Shown one piece after another: positions 17,121-24,000 of a DNA stretch of 24,000 nucleotides. Made by a program: the position numbers and the translations under genes. The notes beneath the pieces are model-generated. The model worked only from the letters and a program-made list of their open reading frames with translations. It was not told the origin of the DNA and made no database searches. Numbering within the stretch: position 1 is the first letter of the stretch; the number at the start of each line of letters is the position of its first letter. The DNA comes from Salinivibrio sp. ES.052 (GTDB lineage Bacteria > Pseudomonadota > Gammaproteobacteria > Enterobacterales > Vibrionaceae), in the NCBI RefSeq assembly GCF_900141775.1, contig NZ_FSRI01000001.1, positions 628,251-652,250 of the forward strand. Direction: 5' to 3'.

Positions 17121-17922
17121 ACGCCGATTCAGCACTGGCTGAGAAAAAGACAGACGGCGGGACACCCACGAGGTTAGTCACCATTGCGGTGAACGCACTT
17201 TGTGACCCATAACCTAGCTCTTGAGCAATGTAACCAAAGTCAAAGTCTTGTGCGAACAGGGCGGCTGCGAAAGTGAGCAATGCCTGATTTCGCCATTGGT
17301 TAAAGGTCATGGTCAATTCGCGCTTAAATAAACGTGTCATGGTGCTTTCACTGGCACCAACCTGCCGACAAAGCGCGCTAAGGGTGAGCGATTGGTTAGG
17401 TTGGGCAATAAATAATTCGCACAAATGTTTAAGCCGCTTTTCCTTAGGCATTGGCAATCCTAATGGCAGGGGGGCGGCGCTTTTTACTTCGTCAATTAAC
17501 AAAGACCATAAAGCCTGTTCGCGCGGTGAGGGCTGTGGCCCTTGTGGTTCATGGAGTAAGGTTTTCACGATGGCTTTGGCTAGGTCACTAACACGTAGGC
17601 AATGACAGTCACGATCAGCATGTTTGATTGAGTAGCTTGAATGTATTGCCACGTTATAAATCTGCGCGCCTTTAAGCAGGTAAGCGGCGTGTGGAGTGCC
17701 GGGAGCTATCCACACTGCATGTTGGGCGGGCACGATATAAGTATGGTGGGCGGTGACGACTTTCACGATACCGCTACCCGAGAATGCTAGCTGAGCATAG
17801 GGGTGATGATGGAAAGGCGTATGGGTGCTATCTGCCGAGTGCTTGATCGCTACTGAAACAGGTCTGTCGGTTGAAGGTGCAACAACAACTGTGCTTGACG
17901 GCTTCTCTATATAAATTGCCAT
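17092..17922 (-). CDS. AraC/XylS family transcriptional regulator (N-terminal cupin, C-terminal HTH)
   Basis: The cupin-like segment is HHHPYAQLAFSGSG..VPAQHAVWIAPGTPH. The C-terminal AraC HTH is LSALCRQVGASESTMTRLFKRE...GYGSQSAFTAMV. Its 3' end overlaps the yjjW 3' end by 29 nt. Confidence 0.85.
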   Translation of the reverse strand: MAIYIEKPSSTVVVAPSTDRPVSVAIKHSADSTHTPFHHHPYAQLAFSGSGIVKVVTAHHTYIVPAQHAVWIAPGTPHAAYLLKGAQIYNVAIHSSYSIKHADRDCHCLRVSDLAKAIVKTLLHEPQGPQPSPREQALWSLLIDEVKSAAPLPLGLPMPKEKRLKHLCELFIAQPNQSLTLSALCRQVGASESTMTRLFKRELTMTFNQWRNQALLTFAAALFAQDFDFGYIAQELGYGSQSAFTAMVTNLVGVPPSVFFSASAESAFTPRANFAR

Positions 17923-18015
17923 ATTGTCGGTATTCCATCATGCGGTAATGGCTTACAAATACGCCTTGTCGGGATCGAAGTAAAGAAGATCCCCTTGATA
18001 AGCAAGGAGTATGTG

Positions 18016-19398
18016 ATGACGACAATCCAACAACCGTTTCACTCCCACCAAAAGTGGGTGATAGCAACTGTAATATTTGGTGCATTGCTACCACTGATTG
18101 ATACGACAGCGATTAATCTTGCTGTTCCCGCGATGCAACAAGGTCTTCATAGCGACGTCACCAGCATTAAATGGGTGATTATTGGCTATTCACTGTTTGC
18201 AGTGATGACGGTAGCGTTGTGCGCTTGGCTCACGCGTAAAGTTGGCGCCACCCAGCTTTGGCTCGCCGGCCTTCTACTCTTTACGGCGAGTTCAGCGCTA
18301 TGTGCAAACGCAGCCAGCCTAGACATCATATTGGTGGCTCGGGCGCTACAGGGAGTCGGTGCGGGTATTTTAATGGTGGGAATGCAAACGCTACTGGTCA
18401 AGGCAGTAGGTCGAGAACAGCTAAAGCAAGCCATGACCATTGTCGCGATGCCCGCTGTTATAGCCCCCATGTTGGGACCGGTACTTGCTGGTTACTTACT
18501 GAGCGTGGGTGACTGGTCTTGGTTATTTTGGATCAATGTGCCGATAGGCGGCGTGGCGCTTGTTCTGTCGTTTTTTGTGCTTCCTCGTGAGCATGCTGAC
18601 GAGGAAACGCGGTTAGATGTGTTGGGCGTGCTATTGGTGAGTGTAGGGATAGGCTCCGTGCTTTATCTTGCGGTGTGTTTAGACGATGTTTCGTCAACAG
18701 GACACGCGCAGCAGTGGAGCATACCCGTATTGGCAACAGTGTGCAGTCTCTTTGCATGGGGGTGGGCGAAACGTCATTTTGCCTCTTTAGGCGACAATGC
18801 ACTGATACGTTTAGCCCCTTTAGGTATTCCCTCATGTCGGGCAAGCCTATCGTTACTTTTTCTCGCGAGTTTGGCCTTTTATGCAGGGTTGCTTGCTATT
18901 CCATTGGTATGTCATGAAAGCTGGCAACTCACTAATATGCAAACCGGTTTGATGCTCGGTATGCATGGTCTGGGGACGCTAATGTCGCGCCGTTATTTAG
19001 CAAGGTGGTGCGCGCGCTACGCGGTCAGCCGCATTGCCGCTATCGCGCTTTTTATCGGGATGACAGCATCACTGGCGTTGGTTTTTGTTGGTGATAGCCG
19101 CATCGCACTAGCGATAACAATGCTTACCCGAGGCGCGGGACTCGGTCTATTGACCTTGCTGGCCATGTCACACACATTCAACGACACGCCGCAATCTATG
19201 GCACCCGATGCGAGTGTGCTATCGCGCCTTGGAACACTGGCGGGTGCGACGATAGGGCCGATGATTATTATGCTGATATATCAATGGGCGCCAGATGACT
19301 ATCAAACCGTATGGACACTGTCTACGCTCGCCGTGATGTTACTTGGCGCGATAGGGCCAATATTACTATTAGCCCAGAGTGAAGACGCTACGCGTTGA
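18016..19398 (+). CDS. MFS transporter, DHA2 (EmrB/QacA-like, about 14 TMS) efflux family
   Basis: AAGGAG lies 6 nt before ATG 18016. The N-terminal motif is LIDTTAINLAVPAM, followed by many hydrophobic spans. At 460 aa the length fits the 14-TMS DHA2 family. It is divergent from the AraC gene. Confidence 0.75.
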   Translation: MTTIQQPFHSHQKWVIATVIFGALLPLIDTTAINLAVPAMQQGLHSDVTSIKWVIIGYSLFAVMTVALCAWLTRKVGATQLWLAGLLLFTASSALCANAASLDIILVARALQGVGAGILMVGMQTLLVKAVGREQLKQAMTIVAMPAVIAPMLGPVLAGYLLSVGDWSWLFWINVPIGGVALVLSFFVLPREHADEETRLDVLGVLLVSVGIGSVLYLAVCLDDVSSTGHAQQWSIPVLATVCSLFAWGWAKRHFASLGDNALIRLAPLGIPSCRASLSLLFLASLAFYAGLLAIPLVCHESWQLTNMQTGLMLGMHGLGTLMSRRYLARWCARYAVSRIAAIALFIGMTASLALVFVGDSRIALAITMLTRGAGLGLLTLLAMSHTFNDTPQSMAPDASVLSRLGTLAGATIGPMIIMLIYQWAPDDYQTVWTLSTLAVMLLGAIGPILLLAQSEDATR

Positions 19399-19424
19399 AT
19401 GTCTTAGTCGGCAGCGTGAGTCTA

Positions 19425-19455
19425 CCGCCACCTTTAATGGTTTCTGGGGTGGCGG
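19425..19455. terminator. Stem-loop between convergent MFS genes (weak terminator candidate)
   Basis: CCGCCACC (19425-19432) pairs with GGTGGCGG (19448-19455), leaving a 15-nt loop. There is no clear U-tract. Confidence 0.25.
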
Positions 19456-19486
19456 GCTGGTGTTAAAGGTTATCAGGCAATATGGA

Positions 19487-20662
19487 TTAGGCATCCGGGC
19501 ACCTTGTCGCTACTGAGTGAGCGCTTTGGCGTAGAATCCCGATTTGAATAGCGACTGCTACGCCACCAACTGCCGCGGCGGCATAGACAAGCTGAGTCAC
19601 CGAAAGGCCGTGGCCGAGCCACAGCCCACCCAAAAGGGTACCCACCGCACCTCCTAAGTAGTTTGAAGAACTATTCAGTGCAACCACCGCGGCGCTGTGC
19701 TCCGGTTGGAGGCTAATCAGCGTGTGTTGTTGTGGCGCGAGCGACGACCAACCGGCGGCGCCCCACAAGAAAAATGGCACAAAGGCAATGATGGAGGGCA
19801 ACGGCAAGCTACTCGGAATGCTCAAGATGGCCAGGGACATAAGCGTTAGTATCCCGAGTAAGATGGCTCGTGGGTGTTTTACCCAGTCAATTAAATGGCC
19901 GATGGTGAAGCTGCCCACCATGCCGCCTAGGCCCCAAACCCATAAATATGGCGTGAGGTTGGTTTGTTGTGTGATGCCCGTAATGACCGGTGCGAGGTAA
20001 GAATAGAGCCCCAAGCTGGCGACAGCCGTCAAGAAGGTGACCGTAATGGTGGTAGACACGGACCGACTGGCGAGTAACGCGACGCGTGCTTTTAGTGATG
20101 GCGGCGGAGCGACACAGATCTGAGGAACACCCAGCACCACGCCAATCAGCCCAATGATCGCGATACCGATCACGACGGCGAAAACGCCTTGCCACCCAAG
20201 CCAGGTCGCCAGAGCAAGACCAGCGGGAACCCCGACAACGGTACCCGCACTCATGCCACCCAACAACAGCCCTAATGCACGCCCCTTCTTATCTGCAGGC
20301 ACCAAAGAGGCGGCACTTGCCGCAGCTAAAGGCGAGAAAATGCCTGCCCCTATGCCGGCAAGCGCGCGGCTTGCTAGTAACATGGTTAAGTGCGTGCTGA
20401 AAATGGTGACAAGATTAGCGGCGATAAACATCAGCATCGATAACACGAGTGCCTTTTTGGTCGGAAAGCTTACCAACAATGTCGCCAGTATTGGTGCGGA
20501 AAGGGCATAGCACAACGTAAAGGCTGTGACCATTTGCGCTGTTTCGGCTTCAGTGATCTGAAAACTGGTCGAAATGTCCGGAATAATGCCCGCCACGACA
20601 TAGGCATCCATACCGAACGCAAACATCGCAATGGGTAAAAATAAAATATTTTTCATGGTCAT
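19487..20662 (-). CDS. MFS transporter, DHA1-like (12 TMS)
   Basis: The profile is hydrophobic throughout. The N-terminal FAFGMDAYVVAGIIPDIS motif, the RALAGIGAG motif and the GRALGLLLGG loop are typical of this family. ATG 20656 (M3, AGG 6 nt upstream) is an alternative start. Confidence 0.75.
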   Translation of the reverse strand: MTMKNILFLPIAMFAFGMDAYVVAGIIPDISTSFQITEAETAQMVTAFTLCYALSAPILATLLVSFPTKKALVLSMLMFIAANLVTIFSTHLTMLLASRALAGIGAGIFSPLAAASAASLVPADKKGRALGLLLGGMSAGTVVGVPAGLALATWLGWQGVFAVVIGIAIIGLIGVVLGVPQICVAPPPSLKARVALLASRSVSTTITVTFLTAVASLGLYSYLAPVITGITQQTNLTPYLWVWGLGGMVGSFTIGHLIDWVKHPRAILLGILTLMSLAILSIPSSLPLPSIIAFVPFFLWGAAGWSSLAPQQHTLISLQPEHSAAVVALNSSSNYLGGAVGTLLGGLWLGHGLSVTQLVYAAAAVGGVAVAIQIGILRQSAHSVATRCPDA

Positions 20663-20892
20663 CCTAGCGCGTGAGTCTTTATGATGCCTAGGAAATGTAA
20701 CAAAGTATTACTTAAGCGAAAACGCTAACCAACAAATATAGGTAGAGGAGCAGGCAAGTATTTTTTACAAGGCAAACAATTAATTATGATAGGGGGCTAT
20801 GAATTGGCCGTCATGTTAACGGCTGGTCGAGTTGACACTTAGAACTGAGATTTAACCAGCCATCGCTTGTCACGCATCGTTATCACCGCTAT

Positions 20893-20931
20893 TGAAAGAA
20901 AAATAGGCACCCACTGAGTGGATGCCTATTT
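20893..20931 (-). terminator. Rho-independent terminator of the OM beta-barrel gene
   Basis: The minus strand reads AATAGGCATCCAC-tca-GTGGGTGCCTATT, with one mismatch, followed by TTTTTCTTTC. Confidence 0.7.
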
Positions 20932-21016
20932 GGATAAGGGGGCGAGATAGTGTCTTTGTCTTACCTTAAACGGTCTGTCCGAATAAGTTTAGCCAACTGT
21001 CGTTTATGATCGTTTG

Positions 21017-21604
21017 TTAGAATTTATAGTTAACGTCGAGGTAAAACACACTTGGGTTCTTGAAGGAAATACCCTCCGCATACTTTTGTTTCGTTAAGCC
21101 GTATTTATGGCCGCCTTCCAAAGCGATACCGGAGTCAAAACGATAGCCAAGTCCGAGATTGACGTTGCTCGCTAGGCCAGAGTCTCTGAGGTTATAGGTG
21201 TCAGTCCCCTGAGCATCTTTGTCCTTAATTTCTAGCTTACTGCGTTGGTAGCCTAGAGTACCACCAGCAATACCGTACAAATTGTCAGTGAACTCGTGGA
21301 CATAGTCTAAGCCCATACCGAATTGATAGTCAGTATTTTCCAACGAAAGCTCTTCATCTGCAGCTTTGATTGTTGACTTGCTCGACGCGCCCGATTGCCA
21401 GTAGCCGTAGGTGCGTACTGAGTCAGTGATATACTTACCGCCATACAGCTTGACTGTTCCTCGGTCCTCAAGATCACTTTTGAACTCACTGCTATCTAAG
21501 CCACTCACATCAGCGCTACCAGCTCCAAATTCCATCCCCATATAAGAAGAGGCATAAGCCGCCGGTGCGAGAATCAGTAAAGCTAAAGGTGCTAATTTTT
21601 TCAT
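21017..21604 (-). CDS. Small outer-membrane beta-barrel protein (OMP_b-brl / OmpA-N-like, 8-stranded type)
   Basis: The signal peptide is MKKLAPLALLILAPAAYA. Alternating aromatic and Gly-rich strands include GLGYRF and LEGGHKY. The C-terminal residue is Phe (..VNYKF). Confidence 0.7.
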   Translation of the reverse strand: MKKLAPLALLILAPAAYASSYMGMEFGAGSADVSGLDSSEFKSDLEDRGTVKLYGGKYITDSVRTYGYWQSGASSKSTIKAADEELSLENTDYQFGMGLDYVHEFTDNLYGIAGGTLGYQRSKLEIKDKDAQGTDTYNLRDSGLASNVNLGLGYRFDSGIALEGGHKYGLTKQKYAEGISFKNPSVFYLDVNYKF

Positions 21605-21647
21605 TGTAAAGAACCTATTATTCGTCGTAGGTGTTTTTTAAGAACGT

Positions 21648-21662
21648 ATGACTTATAGTCAT
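21648..21662. promoter_or_regulatory. Perfect 6-3-6 palindrome ATGACT-tat-AGTCAT in the omp / rstA-like divergent region
   Basis: ATGACTTATAGTCAT is at 21648-21662, 44-58 bp from the OMP start codon (21604). It is flanked by GAACGT hexamers at 21642, 21672 and 21691. Confidence 0.3.
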
Positions 21663-21743
21663 TGCTTTTTGGAACGTTCGCTTAAAGGGGGAACGTTTGA
21701 GTGGTACTTTACGGCTGAAGAGCGCGGTAATGTATCTGCAGAG

Positions 21744-21770
21744 TGTCATGATTTGTCGTATAACTGTCGT
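21744..21770 (+). promoter_or_regulatory. Three phased TGTC(A/G)T direct repeats upstream of the response-regulator gene
   Basis: TGTCAT is at 21744-21749, TGTCGT at 21754-21759 and TGTCGT at 21765-21770, with spacings of 10 and 11 bp. The last repeat ends 84 bp upstream of ATG 21854. Confidence 0.35.
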
Positions 21771-21853
21771 GGTATCTACGCCTGTAGACGCACAGAGTTT
21801 TTAATGATTTATACCAAGGCTTTTCGTTTGTTTATTTTTCTAGGTCAAGATTA

Positions 21854-22561
21854 ATGGAAGAGAAACTGCACTTAGTGGTTGTCGAAGATGACCCCAAAAT
21901 GCGAGAAATGCTGACAGAGTATTTTGAAGCACAAGATTATCGCGTAACGGCACTTGCTGAAGGAGCAGGGGCGGCTGACTATATTATTTCCGCACAACCT
22001 GATTTAGTTTTACTCGATTTAATGTTACCCGGTGACGATGGACTGACAATTTGTAGACAAATCCGTGATGGATTTAGAGGCAGAATTGTGATGCTAACCG
22101 CTAGTGATGATGATTTTGATCATGTGGCAGCACTAGAGGTTGGCGCGGACGACTTTATCAGTAAACCGATTAAACCTCGGGTATTGATGGCTCGTGTAAG
22201 AGTGCAACTGCGCCAGCTGAGAGACGACACTGCAGCCGCCTCGTCCAAACCCAGTGTTCTTAATTATGGTGTGTTGGCACTCAATGAGGCGAGACGTTAC
22301 TGCTCGTTAGATGATAAACCCATTGCGTTGACAGACAGTGAATTTGCATTGCTTTGGCACCTGGCAAGTCAGCCTGACGAGGTACATACAAGAGATACGT
22401 TAACGCGTGCATTACGTGGTATTGAGTATGACGGTGTTGACCGAACGGTGGATAATAAAATTGTGACCTTGAGAAAAAAACTGGGTGATACGTCCTCCAA
22501 TCCCCAAAAAATTATCACAGTACGTGGAAAAGGTTACTTGTTTGTGCCTGATGCATGGTAA
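21854..22561 (+). CDS. rstA: OmpR/PhoB-family response regulator, RstA-like
   Basis: The receiver is VVVEDD..LVLLDLMLPGDDG..KP. The winged-helix output is LTDSEFALLWHLA..IEYDGVDRTVDNKIVTLRKKL..VRGKGYLFVPDAW. The C-terminus closely parallels my recollection of E. coli RstA (..KGYLFAPHAW). Confidence 0.6.
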   Translation: MEEKLHLVVVEDDPKMREMLTEYFEAQDYRVTALAEGAGAADYIISAQPDLVLLDLMLPGDDGLTICRQIRDGFRGRIVMLTASDDDFDHVAALEVGADDFISKPIKPRVLMARVRVQLRQLRDDTAAASSKPSVLNYGVLALNEARRYCSLDDKPIALTDSEFALLWHLASQPDEVHTRDTLTRALRGIEYDGVDRTVDNKIVTLRKKLGDTSSNPQKIITVRGKGYLFVPDAW

Positions 22562-22594
22562 ATGCATAACAGAAATATGTATGAGTGGTGAGCA

Positions 22595-23881
22595 ATGCGT
22601 CGGATATATTTAGAGTTCTTCTTTGGGTTGATCGTCATTTTTATGGTGAGCTCATTGACCTACGAATACCTTGTGTATGAACTGACGGAAAATTATGAGG
22701 CGACCTTGGCGAAGCGACAGGCTGAAAGTGTCGTTGATATGTTAGCGTTGATTGAGTCACAGGCGGGAACACAAGAGGCTTTAGGCGCGCTAAAGGATTA
22801 TGCCGATAACGTCGAATATTCATTATCCGTACACAAGCTTGGCAACATTCCCTCTCATTTGAATGAGGCATTTTCCCACCAACTCGATCCCTCCGCGGTG
22901 TTTGATGATAAAAACGAAACCTTATGGTTCCGCCTGGCCGATAAGGAGCGAATCTATAGCTTACGAACCGCGGTGGGTTCCGAGCTACATGGGGCAATAG
23001 AGTTTAATGAAGATCTGCTGTTTGTTTTTCTCTTTTTGGGTTTCGCCCTCTACAGTTTTTTCATGGTGCGGTTTCTCAGCCGCAGAGTACGGTCACTCGA
23101 GCAAGCGGCTCTCCAATTTGCCAACGGAAATTTACAAGCGCGGGCGTCAACAAAGAGTCAGTATACCGTGGGTAGTTTAAACGCGACCTTTAATCATATG
23201 GCAGACAGAATTGCGAGTTTGGTCAGTAGTCGTCGAGCGCTAACCAACGCGGTTGCGCACGAATTGCGCTCTCCTTTGTTTCGGATCCAATGGCAAGCTG
23301 AATTGTTGAGTGAGAGTCAACTGGGCCCCAAGCAGCAACAAAAAATCGTCAGTATCGTTGAAGATACCGACGAAATGGTAGGGTTGATTGATGAGCTTCT
23401 GTATTTGGCACGTGTTGATCACCCTAATACACCTTTTAGCCCGGAGAGATTGAATACTTCGATGTGGCTACACGATGAATGGCCGCGTTGGCAGACGCTG
23501 AGCACTAAGTCTGTGATTTTAGATGCACCGCAAGACTTGCCTTGCATTGAGGCCGACCCTCATCTGCTTAAACGCGTGCTTACCAACTTAATCGGTAATG
23601 CGGAGAAGTATGCGACTAGTCAAATCGCCGTGCGTGTCTGTTGTGAGGACACGCAGCTGGTGATTGCCGTACACGATGATGGTGAGGGCGTTGACCCGTC
23701 ACATTGGCCGTTTATCTTTGATGCCTTTTACAGTGCGGATCGTTCCCGCGATAAAAAGCGTTCCGGCTATGGTTTGGGGCTTGCGATCGTCAAACAAATT
23801 GTCACCCGGCACGGTGGCAATGTTGAAATCGACCATAGTGATTTAGGCGGCGCATGCTTTCGGGTCATCTTACCTTGTTAA
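22595..23881 (+). CDS. rstB: Sensor histidine kinase (2 TM, HAMP, HisKA, HATPase_c), RstB-like
   Basis: The HAMP region is LEQAALQFANGNLQARA..LNATFNHMADRI. The H-box is AHELRSPL, the N-box NLIGNAEKYA, G1 HDDGEGV and G2 GYGLGLAIV. The architecture and HAMP/H-box sequence resemble E. coli RstB from memory. Confidence 0.6.
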   Translation: MRRIYLEFFFGLIVIFMVSSLTYEYLVYELTENYEATLAKRQAESVVDMLALIESQAGTQEALGALKDYADNVEYSLSVHKLGNIPSHLNEAFSHQLDPSAVFDDKNETLWFRLADKERIYSLRTAVGSELHGAIEFNEDLLFVFLFLGFALYSFFMVRFLSRRVRSLEQAALQFANGNLQARASTKSQYTVGSLNATFNHMADRIASLVSSRRALTNAVAHELRSPLFRIQWQAELLSESQLGPKQQQKIVSIVEDTDEMVGLIDELLYLARVDHPNTPFSPERLNTSMWLHDEWPRWQTLSTKSVILDAPQDLPCIEADPHLLKRVLTNLIGNAEKYATSQIAVRVCCEDTQLVIAVHDDGEGVDPSHWPFIFDAFYSADRSRDKKRSGYGLGLAIVKQIVTRHGGNVEIDHSDLGGACFRVILPC

Positions 23882-23945
23882 TATAATGTGACTCAGCCAG
23901 TGTTAAGTTGAGAGGGCGGCATTCGTCGCCAACGGGTATTTCGCG

Positions 23946-23951
23946 TATAAT
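23946..23951 (+). promoter_or_regulatory. Consensus -10 hexamer TATAAT (weak -35) before a gene starting at the window edge
   Basis: TATAAT is at 23946-23951, 31 nt upstream of ATG 23982. The -35 region is poor (ttcgtc). Confidence 0.3.
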
Positions 23952-23981
23952 ACCGCCCACACCGACAACACTAGGGGCACT

Positions 23982-24000
23982 ATGAAACACCGTACCTTCG
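23982..24000 (+). CDS. Start of an unidentified ORF (MKHRTF..), cut by the window end
   Basis: ATG 23982 is preceded by AGGGG. Only 6 codons are visible, so no product call is possible. Confidence 0.25.

Noticed and set aside
21648-21854. 68-aa ORF ending in a TAATG stop/start overlap with the response-regulator gene, which suggested a coupled leader peptide
   Set aside because: There is no Shine-Dalgarno before its ATG. The sequence is Cys-rich and looks random, with no recognisable features. It also covers the regulatory repeats, so it is more likely untranslated leader or promoter DNA. Ribosome profiling could revisit this.

Overview
This looks like a chromosomal window from a gammaproteobacterium, most likely Vibrionaceae. 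That placement rests on a secreted M28 aminopeptidase with a C-terminal PPC domain that, from memory, closely resembles the Vibrio (Aeromonas) proteolyticus aminopeptidase, and on an RstA/RstB-like pair. All identifications come from motif reading by eye, with no database search. I count about 22 protein-coding genes and 9 tRNA genes. Left to right: an FAD oxidoreductase truncated at its 5' end by the window edge; two adjacent 2OG-Fe(II) oxygenases (P4H-like and AlkB-like); the aminopeptidase (-); a strongly promoted tRNA operon Cys-(fMet-Gly)x3-fMet built from an exact 322-bp tandem unit that also carries a tRNA-fMet 3'-end remnant; a GAF protein with a degenerate GGDEF domain (-); an amidinotransferase-fold enzyme; a HopJ-family protein (-); tRNA-Ser(UGA) with a terminator and a heptanucleotide microsatellite; a SagB-type nitroreductase; a small P-loop ATPase; an exported CYTH/TTM-like protein plus a phytase-like lipoprotein, preceded by Pho-box-like phased repeats; QueH; a fatty-acid-hydroxylase-family membrane protein; the YjjI/YjjW glycyl-radical enzyme and activase pair; an AraC regulator (-) divergent from a DHA2 MFS pump; a second MFS transporter (-); a small outer-membrane beta-barrel (-); and an RstA/RstB-like two-component system. 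I saw no transposase, integrase, phage gene, CRISPR array, or recognisable defence or toxin-antitoxin system. I cannot point to a clear-cut novel multi-gene system. The best candidates for follow-up are the exported CYTH-like/phytase-like module with its phased TGTCAT array, the orphan YjjI/YjjW glycyl-radical pair, the repeat architecture of the tRNA array, and the degenerate GGDEF protein.
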